The notes below the pieces were generated by a model, which saw only the letters and a program-made list of their open reading frames with translations, was not told where the DNA came from and ran no database searches. The translations under genes were made by a program, and so were the position numbers. A DNA stretch of 43,150 bases, taken from positions 1-43,150 of the IMG/VR virus record IMGVR_UViG_3300012940_000013. One strand, given 5' to 3'. The stretch comes from a virus (Duplodnaviria > Caudoviricetes). Shown piece after piece: positions 1 through 9,803 of this stretch. The stretch's first letter is position 1, and every line of letters begins with the position of its first letter.

Positions 1-123
1 CCGCTTATCGAAACGTGCGTCGAATTGGATACGACGATGCCGTATTCGTTGTTGTCGTGAGGCGATGCGTTGATCGGCGCGCTGTCATAGACGCTCACGT
101 TGTAGCAGCGATCGAGCACGACG
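1..123. repeat. Terminal direct repeat, copy 1 (circularisation overlap)
   Basis: 1-123 is identical to 43028-43150 and lies inside a continuous ORF, so it is most likely an assembly overlap of a circular or permuted genome. Confidence 0.95.
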
Positions 124-1850
124 TCGGCATAGATGCCTCCGAAATAGCTGTATCCCTCGACGCTGCTATCCACGCAATGGCGAAGCGTCAGCGGCGCTTT
201 CTCGACCGAACCGGACGCGATGCAACTGATGTCCTTAACGACCGCCTGTACATAGTTCATCTTGTACACATTCATGCTGGCCGCGTTGTAGGCATCCGGG
301 CACGGGTCGTAGGTGCTCGCTACCGTCGGGCTGGTCATGCTGTGGATGCGGAACATCGCGCCGTCGCGGTAATAGGCACGACGTCCGCCCCAGCTGTAGT
401 CTGTAGGGTTCCACAGTATCACCACATCACGGGCAGACAGGCCCTGCGCCGTCGACCAGGTGAGCTCACGCATATGACGAGACGGCGAAACTGACAGCTT
501 GTCGAGCGGCGTCAGCGACCCGGTAATCAGTAGCTGACCCGTGCCGCCAGAGAAGTCGAGCACGGTGTTGGTGCCGTCGCCGGTTATCACGACGGATCGA
601 GTCCGCGTGACATCGCCGTTAATGACGTAGCGCCCGGCCGGGAAATGGATGCGATCAGCCCCGCTGTCGAGCGCCGCCTGAACGGCCGCCGTATCGTCGG
701 CCACGCCATCGCCAACGGCGCCGAACTCCTTGACGTTGACGAAGCCGGACAGCTTGAGATCGATATCCGCAAGGTTGGCCCGGGCATCGTCGAGCGCTTG
801 CTCGACCGTCATTTCCGGGCCGCCGTCGTCCGGTGTGTACTTGACGAGCGAGGCATCGGTCACGCCCAGCGGCAGCACTTCGATGACACGCACCTCGATG
901 TTATGGTCCCCAGGGTTAGCCGGGGCAGGGGGCGGATCGTTGAAAACAATCGCTCCCCCAACAAACGAATACGTATCTTTTTGCTGGTAGACGCCATCGA
1001 TATAGACGTCCGCGTAATCGGTATTGGGAGGCGTGGCCGGTAGCGGGAAGGTCGTTTCGATCCCGTCGCCGGTCAGCGGGAAAGTCTGCATCGACCCGCC
1101 GGCCCCCTCGATCCAGGCACCCGACGCACTGTAAACGCGCAGCCGGTTGGTCGTGGTGTTGAAATACATGTCGCCCTGATTCGGCGGGTTGCCGAGAGGA
1201 TCGGTAGACGGATCAGACGACAGCGGCCCGTAATAGGTGCCACGGAAGTCGTCATACGTATCAGATGCATCCTGCGCGCTTTCGGCTGCGTCACTCGCCG
1301 ACTGCGCGGCCTGACTCGCATACTGGGCCGCGATGTTGGCGATCGCGTCAGCGTCATGCTGCGTATTTTCCAGCCCGTCTCCCGTCGCGTTCCACTTCAA
1401 CCCCTTGCCCGGATCAGGCGCCGGGAGATCGGTGCTCATGCCGGACGATCCTGCAGGCGGATATTTCAGCGAGCGGTTGATTTGCTCTTGTTGTTGTTGG
1501 TCGATCATCGTCAGACGATCGAATACGTTCTCATGCGTCTCGGGGTAAAACTTCCCCTGGTTGCGGATCGAGGTTTCCTGCACGAGATCGAGCACGCGGC
1601 GCACCACCAACTGCGCGCCGTCATTATCAGACGCGAATTGCGAGGAGACGATAACCTTGCCGCCGTTGTAATCGCCGACTCCGTCGACCGTGTAGTCGGT
1701 ATTGAGCACGAGCGTCGATACCGTGCCATCGGTAGCACGCAGGATCACGACAAGGTCGGTATCCTCGAAAATGCGAAAGGTGAACGGGTATTCGGTCGTG
1801 CCGGTCGTGATCGTGAAATCGGCGCGGCTCACATTGGTGGCAACGGTCAT
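1..1850 (-). CDS. Tailspike/tail fibre, N-terminal part (continues across the origin to 42037; about 946 aa in total)
   Basis: Not in the ORF track because it runs off the end. ATG at 1850 follows the stop of the upstream gene: MTVATNVSRADFTITTGTTEYPFTFRIF (T7 gp17-like anchor). Later VNVKEFGAVGDGVADDTAAVQAALD is a pectate_lyase_3 beta-helix start. In frame with 42037..43146 through the overlap. Confidence 0.88.
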   Translation of the reverse strand, partial: MTVATNVSRADFTITTGTTEYPFTFRIFEDTDLVVILRATDGTVSTLVLNTDYTVDGVGDYNGGKVIVSSQFASDNDGAQLVVRRVLDLVQETSIRNQGKFYPETHENVFDRLTMIDQQQQEQINRSLKYPPAGSSGMSTDLPAPDPGKGLKWNATGDGLENTQHDADAIANIAAQYASQAAQSASDAAESAQDASDTYDDFRGTYYGPLSSDPSTDPLGNPPNQGDMYFNTTTNRLRVYSASGAWIEGAGGSMQTFPLTGDGIETTFPLPATPPNTDYADVYIDGVYQQKDTYSFVGGAIVFNDPPPAPANPGDHNIEVRVIEVLPLGVTDASLVKYTPDDGGPEMTVEQALDDARANLADIDLKLSGFVNVKEFGAVGDGVADDTAAVQAALDSGADRIHFPAGRYVINGDVTRTRSVVITGDGTNTVLDFSGGTGQLLITGSLTPLDKLSVSPSRHMRELTWSTAQGLSARDVVILWNPTDYSWGGRRAYYRDGAMFRIHSMTSPTVASTYDPCPDAYNAASMNVYKMNYVQAVVKDISCIASGSVEKAPLTLRHCVDSSVEGYSYFGGIYADVVLDRCYNVSVYDSAPINASPHDNNEYGIVVSNSTHVSIS

Positions 1851-4800
1851 TTACTCACCCTTTTTGCGTCGGAATGCCAGATCATGCAGAAGATCGCCAA
1901 CCCCTTCCGGCTGGCTATTACCTGCGAGCAGGTCATAGAGGTATTCTATCGTGATCCGGGCCTGCCCTGTTGGCAAATTCAGCACATAGCCCGAATTTTC
2001 CATCACATCGAACCAGAAATCCTCGTCCATCGGACGGTCCCCAAAGGCAATGTCAAAGCCTTTGAGGACGGTGTTGCCTACCCGCTGCAACGTGTCGATC
2101 ACAGGGGAAACCCTAATATTGCCGGTGCCGCGGGCCTCGCCGATGATCCGGTTTTCGGCCGCGTTGGCAATGTCTCGCAGGAGCGGGATCGGCAGCGCCA
2201 GGGAAAACGCAGACTTGGCCGCCGCCCACTTGGCGTAGCACATCGGGTCGTCAATGCCACATTCATCCGGTCCGCGGCCGGTAATCAGGTCGGCCAGGAT
2301 CGCCGGGAATGCGGTGATCATAAGCACCCGCATGATCGCCTCGGGCGCGTACTTCATGCCCTCGACACCGAGCCGCTGCTGCACCGTGCGCAGCCGGCCA
2401 TACTGAGCGGCGAATGGCGTGTAAAACATGGTCAGCATCTTCATGGCGCCGCGCTTGCGCTGGATCGCCGACAGATCCTTGGCGCCGCCCGCCCCCTGCG
2501 AGCGCCGCACCGCGGCGTCGGCCTGGTGGATTGCCGCCGTTTCGGTCATGCCCTCGGCGAGCGCCTTGTTGTAGGCCCCGATCCAGGTCGGGATCGTCAC
2601 CATGCGGTCGGCGATGTTGATGCCGATAAACGCCCCGCGGTTGACGGCCGACTTCCACTTGGCGGCCTTGCTATGGCGCATGGCGCGCAGCTCGTCGCGC
2701 ATGTCGCGGTCGATCGTCTCGAAGCGGTGCCGCATCTCGCCCGACTTCTCGATGATCATGCGATACGCGGCAATCGGGTCGCGCATCGTTTCCATGAGCC
2801 CGTTGTACAGCCACTTGCTCCCGACGATCTCGAGCGCGTTGAAAACGCCGGCCCCCTGCGCCAGGATCGTCGTCACCTTGTAGCCGAGCGCCACGGTCGT
2901 GATGTTGGTGCGCGCCGTTTCGATCATCCGGTCCATGCCGGTGAGCCCATCGGATGGTGATACGTTGCGATCGTTCGCCACGGCACGCAGCCAGGGCATG
3001 AACATCGCCTCGTACTGCTCGCCGAGCTGCTGCTGCAGCGTGCGCCGGATCTCGGCATTGTTGAAAATCCGGTTGGCGTCGATCAGGAATTCCCGATGCG
3101 TCAGATCCTTCACCACGCCGGAAATGTGGCGCTGCAGCACATAGCCAAAGTCGAGCAGCAAGGGCGCCGCAAAATCGGTGCGGGCCTTGGTGTGCCCCTT
3201 GGGCGTCGTCGCCGCGGCATACCCTTGCTCGATCAGCCCGGCAAGCGGCCCCGATTCCTGGCGCTGGCCGGCCTGCGAATAACGCGGATCGTAGACGAGC
3301 GGATAGTAGCCGCCACGCACTTCGTGGATGACGTTTCCGTTGGCGTCCCGAATTTGGAACGGCCGCGCCTCGACCTTTTCCGGCTTGACCCCGGAAACCC
3401 GCTCCTCGAGCGCCGCGATCTCCGGCCATAGCTCGTTGACCGTGTCCCAGACAGACTGCACGAACTGCCAATCCTCAGCCGACAGCTTGGCAAGCATCTG
3501 GTCAACTTCGGCAGCGGTCAGGTTGTTCCCGCGCAGCAGCTTGTCGTAATTCTGCTCATTGCCGACGTTGAGCGCGACCGAGATGAGCCAGTAACGCGAA
3601 ACCTTCCCGACGACGGGGAACTCGAATTGCTCGAGCAGATAGGTCTTGTCGTCCAGGTGAAAATCCTCGATCAGCTTAGCGATCTTCTCGCCCAGGCGAC
3701 CCATGATATCTAGCTCTGCCGTCTGCGCCTCGGCCGCCCGGTTAAAGATGTAGCGGTGCCAAGGCCCGTCTGCCCGGCCGCCGTCCAGCCAGTCGATGAC
3801 CGTCTCGAGCGGCAACAGGTCGGCGTCCCAGGACCGGAACCAGTCGCCGATCTTCTCGCGCGTCGTGCGCAGCGCCCGGTCGACGGAACGCTGCGGCAGC
3901 GGCTTGGTGTTGGCGATGGCCGAGCCGACGAGCTCGCCGATCGCGTCCTCGAATTGGATCTCCGCGTTCTTGACGAGCAGTCGGTTTTTCAGCCGCGCCA
4001 GGTGCTCGATCGACTTGAGCGCGTCGCGCAGCGCGCGAAGCTCATCAATCGGCACTTCACGGTAATTACGCTGCCCCGCCTGCTCGAGTAATTCGGGCGT
4101 GATCGCCGGCTCGAAGCCCGCAGCAACTTGCTGGTTGTACCAGGCGAGCAGGTTCTTGCGCCGGTCGAGCGCGCGGCCGGAAATTTTCTTGAACTCGTAT
4201 TGTTCGAGCAGGGCGTTGACCTGCTCGAGGAAGTCGCCGCCGGCCTTGCCGATGCGCTGCTGCGCCGCCGGCTTCAAGAGGCCCGCTGCATATTTTTGGA
4301 TCGCCTCGACGTCGCGCTGTGCCTTGACCGCCTCACGATAGAGAAAATGGTTCATGAGCTCGCGCTGCTTGGCCGCGGCTGCGACCTGCCAATCGCCGCG
4401 CGCCGCCGCGTCGAACGCTTCGCGCGACGCCTTGCGCTCAGCATTGAGATAGGCGGACGGGTTGAGATCCCGTGCCTGCTTCTGGCCGATCATGCCGGCC
4501 GCAGCTGCCCGGAACGCCTCGACAGGCGGGATGCTCGCCTGCATGTCGCGCCGACCCTCGGCGCGCGCCCGCTCGGCCGCATTGATGAAAGGCCGGACCT
4601 CGCGCTCGCGCCGACGCAGCGCCCGCAGCTCGGCCGCCAGTATCTCGGCCCGGCGATCATTATGCACGGCCTCAAGCGCTTCCTCGTGGATCGAACCATC
4701 GAGCAACATGTCGCCGTAGCGCTCGCGCATCCGGGCATCGGTCTCGGCCTCAATGACTGCGCGCTTTGGCTTCATGTTGACCAGCGCCTCGACGAGCGCA

Positions 4801-7800
4801 TCGGCCGACGGGTAGCCCAAGGCCTCGGCCGCGACATCGACCGGCCAACCGCCTTCAGCCGAATAAACCCAACCGCGCCCCCGCGGCAGCCGCTTGATGA
4901 ACTCGGCGCCGTAGCGCTCGACGAGATCAGCCCGGCTCAGCTTGATCTGCTGGCCGTTCGGCAGGCGGCCGAGCACCAGGGAGTCGAAGGCTTGGTAGAC
5001 GGGCAGGGCGTTGACTTCCTCGGCGACTTCGTCCTGCACCTTGCGCCGCTGCGCCTTCCACCATTGTTTCTGCGCGCGCTGATACTCCGCCATCAGCTTC
5101 TGCTGCAGCCGATCGCGCGCGTCCTGGCTCGCTTCCTCGACGACGCGCCGGTATGCCTCAAATTCAATCTCGGTCATGCCCGCATCGGCCGCCGTGGCAA
5201 AGATCGGCACGTACCCCGCCTCGTCCTGCGCCGCCTCGATTTCGGCGTCGCTGGCAAGGATGCGGTCGAACACGGCGCGCACGTCGTCGTTGAGCGTGAC
5301 GTTGAGCGCGGTCAGGCGCTTGTAAATGAGCGTGAGCCAGGCCTTGAAGCGCTGGAAGATCGAGCGCATTTCAGGCGACGGCGCCTTGCCTTCCATCAGG
5401 TAGGCCTCGAAGCCACGCGCAAATTGCTCGTGATGCTTGGTCTCGATCTGATCGCGCGAATCGACGCCAAGCCATTTGAGGATCGTGATGTAGTCCTGGA
5501 AAAGCTGCGACGTCTCGCCCACCTGCTCGGACAGGTCGCCCATGACTTCGAGCCAGAAATGCCCGGTCTCATGCAAGAAAGTCGAGAGATCGGCGTTCTC
5601 GAGCAACGTGATGCGGAACTTGCGATCGGGGCCGAAAGAGATATAGCCGCGCTCGGTTTGCCGGAAACTGCGCGCGCTGAAGTCTCGCCCGGAGCTCGCC
5701 CAAGAGGACGGCGTATCAGTGCTCATGTCGATGACATCGAGCACGCGCACATCGATGCTGTTGAAAAACCCGGCAAGGTTACGCACCGACGCATCGGACA
5801 GATTGCCGTTGTTGACGATGATCGCCGATCCGGCATTGGACACAGAAAGCGCTCGATAGAGCGCATCCATGCGCCCATCGCGGCGAAGCTCGCCCGCCGC
5901 GTTCGGGTCGACCGGCACAAAGGCGACTGGCTCATTCTGCGACGTCATGAGCGCAATGCCAGACTCACCGCCAGAAAGGCTGCGTGCCATGTCTATCGCC
6001 TTGGCGGGGTCCGTAACCTTGGGGCCAAGCGCACCCTCAATGGCATAGACTCGCTCGACAACCGGCACGGTCTCGGTGTCCGCTGGCGGCGCCGCCTGGC
6101 CGACAACATCCTGGCCACCGCCAGGCGGCTCATAAACCCAATTGCGGCTGCCGTCCTCGTTCGGGCGCGCCGCGATGGCAAAGAGCCCGCGCGGCTCGAT
6201 CTGACTCCCGCGGAAGGCATCATTGAGCGTGCGCGCCAACTGCCGGTCCGCCGCGCTCAGCGTGTAGCTGCCACTCGGATGATTGTGCGCAAACCAGATA
6301 TTGGCCGCACCCTCAATGCGGAAAGCCTCGGAAACGATGGTCAGGGGGAACACCGACGCTTGAGAGATGCCGCCCTTGAACGCGCCGACGATAGCCAGCG
6401 GCTTACCGTCCTTGTCCGTAACGAGCGCATCAAATCGCTCGACCGCGCCACGGCTTAGGTAAGCCAACGCCTGGGCGGCTTCCTCGGGCGTCGTTACGCG
6501 CCGGGCGCCGATTTCCCGCTGGGCTTCCTCGACGATTTCCGTGCGCGTGGCATAGGTGCCTGGCGCATCGTCGCGCGATAGTCCTCGCTCCTGTCGTCCT
6601 GCAGTATCTCGCTCGGCAGATTGATCTTGTCCGGGCTCGGCTGGTACGCCAAAAAGGTCGAGCGTGTAGTCATCGCGTTTTCCTCGCTGGAAAAGTATCC
6701 TTGCATCGGCCGGATCGAAGGTGCCGACGTTGCCGATGGCGGATTTGATCTGCTCAGGTCGGAAGGCGACCCATTGAGTAGTTGTGAAGTCGCCCCGCCC
6801 CGCTTCGACTGGATCATAAACATTATCGAGCTTCAGCCCGTCTTTCTTTGCCCGCTTGGCTTTGTTTATTTCTGCGGCAACAAGGTGTCCGTCAAAGCTG
6901 TCTCCCATATCCAGCGTCTTAGGCTTCTCCACCTTAAGATAGACCGGAACGACATTCTGCCCGCTCGGATCGGCATTGATTGCGCCGAGTTCGAGATTTT
7001 CCAGTTCCAGGTAAAGCCGCTCAGCGGTATCCCAATCGCCGCGACTTTCGGCGCGCTGAATTTGAGCCTGAATCTCCTCTGACCTGGTCTCGACATCAAC
7101 AGCGTCGGCAAGCTGCGTCCTGCCGGCGAGCATCGCGTATTCCGTCGCCTCGACCGGGTTTTCGGTAAAGAAGAATGCTATCGAGCTGGCCGCCGTGGTG
7201 TTTTGCCCCAACCGCTCATATGCAAAAGAATCGAAAGACTGATTGGTGCCGTGGTAGACCACCAGCGGCCGCCCCTGCTCGTCCACCACCTTGCTGTCAC
7301 CGAACCAGCGCCAGAAGTTGCGGATGCCCTCCTCGGTCGCCGCAATCGGGCGGCCCTCGCTGTTCCGGGTCGGGCGCTCGACGCCATCGACTTCGATGGT
7401 TTCGGGTAGCGCCGACTGCTCGTAGACCTGCTCGCCCTCACGCGGCCGCACGTACTGTCCGGCCTGCTCAAGCGCCGCGCGCACTTGCTCATTGGTCATC
7501 GTGCGCAGGTCGATGCCGTTGGCGCGCAGCCACTCGTCGACCTGCTCGAGCATCTGGCGCAAGTTGAGCAGGTCCGAATCTTCGGCGCCGACCAGGTAGA
7601 CCGGATTGCCGCGCAGATCCTCGTCGAGCAGGTTCAGGAAATCGGCCTCGGTCGATTCCATCGGCAGGTAGCCAGCCTCGGCCGCGGCCTCGCGCATGTA
7701 GTCAATCGACAGGCCGCCCTCGGCCTGCACCAACTTGCGACGACCGGGGGCGCGCGGATCGTTCTCATCAATGTCGCGCAACTCGCCGGGCAGATACGGG

Positions 7801-9803
7801 TCGGTAATCCCGCCCATGCGCCGCACAAAATCAGACAGGCGCTCACCGTAGATCTGATCGTCAGTCGGGATATCACCGGCGCGCAGCCGGTCGAGCAGCG
7901 GGTCGATCGTAATGTCGGCCCGGTCGCCTTGCTGCAGGATCTCGGGCAGCTGCACGCCAACCGAGAGGCCGTAACGCTCGTGCAACTGCAGGGGATCGAT
8001 GCCGGCCCGCTCGGCCAGCGTCGTGATCCCGCGCGCGTAGATCGTCGCGTAGGCCTCGGCCGTGCTGCGGTCGAACCGGCCGACAAGCTCGCCCATCATC
8101 GAATCACGGATGGTGTTGTAGGCCTGCGCTTGTGCCTGCGTCGCGCCCTCGGCCATCTCGCGAAACTGCTCTGCAATCTCCCGGATGCGCGCCTCGCGCT
8201 CGGCCTGAAACTCGGCCGCCTCGCGCGGCGTCATATCCCCAGGCCGCAGCCGCGCATCCTGCATGAGCGCCGCATGGTGTGGTGTCGGCGCGATATGCGT
8301 CGCGTAGTCCTCGATCGGGATGACAACATCCGTGCCGGCGGCAACCGCCTCGGAATAGTTGCGCGCGCCGACTTCCAGCGCGACCTCGGCGGGGTCGACG
8401 CCTGCGGCCTGGAAATAGCGCGTAAAGGCATCGGCCGGGATGTAGACATTCTCGACCGGCCCACCTTCTTTCGCCTTGGCAATGAATTCGCGCCACTTCT
8501 CGGGCAGGCGCTCGCGTAACTTAGACTCGGCCGCCGCGTCGCCCAGCGCCTGCATGAATTCCTGGTTCTGCTGCGCCGCCTGCGCCGCCCGAACGCCACG
8601 ATAGCCCTGGTATGCAGACGGCGCGGCGCCGACGAAAAGCGCGCCGACCAGCGCGTCGCGCGATGCCTCGCCGACGCGATCAAGAATCGGCTGCTCGGTC
8701 TTGGGGTCGACGGCAATGCCGCCGACGCCCTGCGCGATCTCGCCGCCCACGATAGTGGACAGCTCCTGCAGGCCTTCGGTCAGCGCCTCGACAGTGCCCA
8801 CTTTGAGCCAGCGCTTGCCAGCCTCGGCAAGCGCCGCTCGCACAGTCGGCCGGGCGAGCAGTTGCTTGACCGCGTCCTTGGCCCCGATCGAAAGCAGGCG
8901 GTCGAGGCCTGGAAACAACCGCGCCATGACAAGATCGCCAACCGTCTCGAGCCCAGCATTGATGAGCCCCACGGCCGCCGCGGCGCCAACTGCAACGTCA
9001 CGCGGCAGTCGCTCGCCCGTGGTCTGGTCGACCATGTCCGAGAACTCGTCAAAGGCAAAGCCCGCCTCCTGCCGGAAGTTGTAGACCGCCGTATGCGTTG
9101 CGAAGCCGGCCGTCGCGCCGAGCGCCGCGGCGCCGGGCACCGTGACGACTTCCTCGGGGGTCAAGGCCTGCGGCCCCATCTGGCCGAGTACGGCAGCGGT
9201 CGCCGCCCCTGCCGCCGCGCCGGTGGCCGCGCCGCCCATGCCCTCACGCAGGGTCGAAACGAACTGTCGAGACGCATACCCGCCCTGGTTCAGAATGTAG
9301 CCAAGGCCCGTCTCCCGTTGCGCGTCTCGGCCATAGGCCTGCATGACGCCCTTCAACTGCTGCCGGCGCGCTTCCTCGGACGGCGACAGCTCGCCAGTCA
9401 TCGCCCGGTAGTGCAGCGGCCCGAGCTCGTCCTGAATGCGCCCGCGAGCCCACCCGGTCGACAGCGACGCCCAAAGATTGGCGACGCCCTGCAGCACGCC
9501 AATGTCGTCGGACGAGACGGCTGCGTTCTCTGGGATCGCCAGGAACTCGGCGACCTTGGGGTATTGCGTCTCGATGAGCGTCGGGTTGGCGTCGATGATA
9601 AACGCCTGCTTGCGCACTTCGTCGGGCATGTTGCGCGCGGTGTCCAACGGCACACCAACCTTGGCCGACAGACGGATGAGCTCGGCCTCATAGTCCGGCT
9701 TGGCCCCAGCGGCGAGCGCAAGCCCCGCCTGCACGTTCGGCGCCTGCGGGGCAGGGTCCAGGTATTCGGTGACGATATCGCTGTATTCGTTCTTGTCGCT
9801 CAT
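1851..9803 (-). CDS. Giant internal virion/ejection polyvalent protein (~2650 aa) with ART-PolyVal-like, RadC/JAB-like and zincin (MPTase) domains
   Basis: Start MSDKNEY overlaps the upstream stop (ATGA). Motifs: LVVYHGT..FFFT..VPVYL..QWVAFRPEQIKSAIGN (ART-like), FAHNHPSG..SAAD (JAB), STFLHETGH..HEQFARGFEAY (zincin). Position equals the T7 gp16-like ejectosome gene. Confidence 0.85.
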   Translation of the reverse strand: MSDKNEYSDIVTEYLDPAPQAPNVQAGLALAAGAKPDYEAELIRLSAKVGVPLDTARNMPDEVRKQAFIIDANPTLIETQYPKVAEFLAIPENAAVSSDDIGVLQGVANLWASLSTGWARGRIQDELGPLHYRAMTGELSPSEEARRQQLKGVMQAYGRDAQRETGLGYILNQGGYASRQFVSTLREGMGGAATGAAAGAATAAVLGQMGPQALTPEEVVTVPGAAALGATAGFATHTAVYNFRQEAGFAFDEFSDMVDQTTGERLPRDVAVGAAAAVGLINAGLETVGDLVMARLFPGLDRLLSIGAKDAVKQLLARPTVRAALAEAGKRWLKVGTVEALTEGLQELSTIVGGEIAQGVGGIAVDPKTEQPILDRVGEASRDALVGALFVGAAPSAYQGYRGVRAAQAAQQNQEFMQALGDAAAESKLRERLPEKWREFIAKAKEGGPVENVYIPADAFTRYFQAAGVDPAEVALEVGARNYSEAVAAGTDVVIPIEDYATHIAPTPHHAALMQDARLRPGDMTPREAAEFQAEREARIREIAEQFREMAEGATQAQAQAYNTIRDSMMGELVGRFDRSTAEAYATIYARGITTLAERAGIDPLQLHERYGLSVGVQLPEILQQGDRADITIDPLLDRLRAGDIPTDDQIYGERLSDFVRRMGGITDPYLPGELRDIDENDPRAPGRRKLVQAEGGLSIDYMREAAAEAGYLPMESTEADFLNLLDEDLRGNPVYLVGAEDSDLLNLRQMLEQVDEWLRANGIDLRTMTNEQVRAALEQAGQYVRPREGEQVYEQSALPETIEVDGVERPTRNSEGRPIAATEEGIRNFWRWFGDSKVVDEQGRPLVVYHGTNQSFDSFAYERLGQNTTAASSIAFFFTENPVEATEYAMLAGRTQLADAVDVETRSEEIQAQIQRAESRGDWDTAERLYLELENLELGAINADPSGQNVVPVYLKVEKPKTLDMGDSFDGHLVAAEINKAKRAKKDGLKLDNVYDPVEAGRGDFTTTQWVAFRPEQIKSAIGNVGTFDPADARILFQRGKRDDYTLDLFGVPAEPGQDQSAERDTAGRQERGLSRDDAPGTYATRTEIVEEAQREIGARRVTTPEEAAQALAYLSRGAVERFDALVTDKDGKPLAIVGAFKGGISQASVFPLTIVSEAFRIEGAANIWFAHNHPSGSYTLSAADRQLARTLNDAFRGSQIEPRGLFAIAARPNEDGSRNWVYEPPGGGQDVVGQAAPPADTETVPVVERVYAIEGALGPKVTDPAKAIDMARSLSGGESGIALMTSQNEPVAFVPVDPNAAGELRRDGRMDALYRALSVSNAGSAIIVNNGNLSDASVRNLAGFFNSIDVRVLDVIDMSTDTPSSWASSGRDFSARSFRQTERGYISFGPDRKFRITLLENADLSTFLHETGHFWLEVMGDLSEQVGETSQLFQDYITILKWLGVDSRDQIETKHHEQFARGFEAYLMEGKAPSPEMRSIFQRFKAWLTLIYKRLTALNVTLNDDVRAVFDRILASDAEIEAAQDEAGYVPIFATAADAGMTEIEFEAYRRVVEEASQDARDRLQQKLMAEYQRAQKQWWKAQRRKVQDEVAEEVNALPVYQAFDSLVLGRLPNGQQIKLSRADLVERYGAEFIKRLPRGRGWVYSAEGGWPVDVAAEALGYPSADALVEALVNMKPKRAVIEAETDARMRERYGDMLLDGSIHEEALEAVHNDRRAEILAAELRALRRREREVRPFINAAERARAEGRRDMQASIPPVEAFRAAAAGMIGQKQARDLNPSAYLNAERKASREAFDAAARGDWQVAAAAKQRELMNHFLYREAVKAQRDVEAIQKYAAGLLKPAAQQRIGKAGGDFLEQVNALLEQYEFKKISGRALDRRKNLLAWYNQQVAAGFEPAITPELLEQAGQRNYREVPIDELRALRDALKSIEHLARLKNRLLVKNAEIQFEDAIGELVGSAIANTKPLPQRSVDRALRTTREKIGDWFRSWDADLLPLETVIDWLDGGRADGPWHRYIFNRAAEAQTAELDIMGRLGEKIAKLIEDFHLDDKTYLLEQFEFPVVGKVSRYWLISVALNVGNEQNYDKLLRGNNLTAAEVDQMLAKLSAEDWQFVQSVWDTVNELWPEIAALEERVSGVKPEKVEARPFQIRDANGNVIHEVRGGYYPLVYDPRYSQAGQRQESGPLAGLIEQGYAAATTPKGHTKARTDFAAPLLLDFGYVLQRHISGVVKDLTHREFLIDANRIFNNAEIRRTLQQQLGEQYEAMFMPWLRAVANDRNVSPSDGLTGMDRMIETARTNITTVALGYKVTTILAQGAGVFNALEIVGSKWLYNGLMETMRDPIAAYRMIIEKSGEMRHRFETIDRDMRDELRAMRHSKAAKWKSAVNRGAFIGINIADRMVTIPTWIGAYNKALAEGMTETAAIHQADAAVRRSQGAGGAKDLSAIQRKRGAMKMLTMFYTPFAAQYGRLRTVQQRLGVEGMKYAPEAIMRVLMITAFPAILADLITGRGPDECGIDDPMCYAKWAAAKSAFSLALPIPLLRDIANAAENRIIGEARGTGNIRVSPVIDTLQRVGNTVLKGFDIAFGDRPMDEDFWFDVMENSGYVLNLPTGQARITIEYLYDLLAGNSQPEGVGDLLHDLAFRRKKGE

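Noticed and set aside
1-123. Biological direct terminal repeat
   Set aside because: It interrupts a continuous tailspike ORF and has the size of an assembler overlap, so it is more likely a circularisation artefact.
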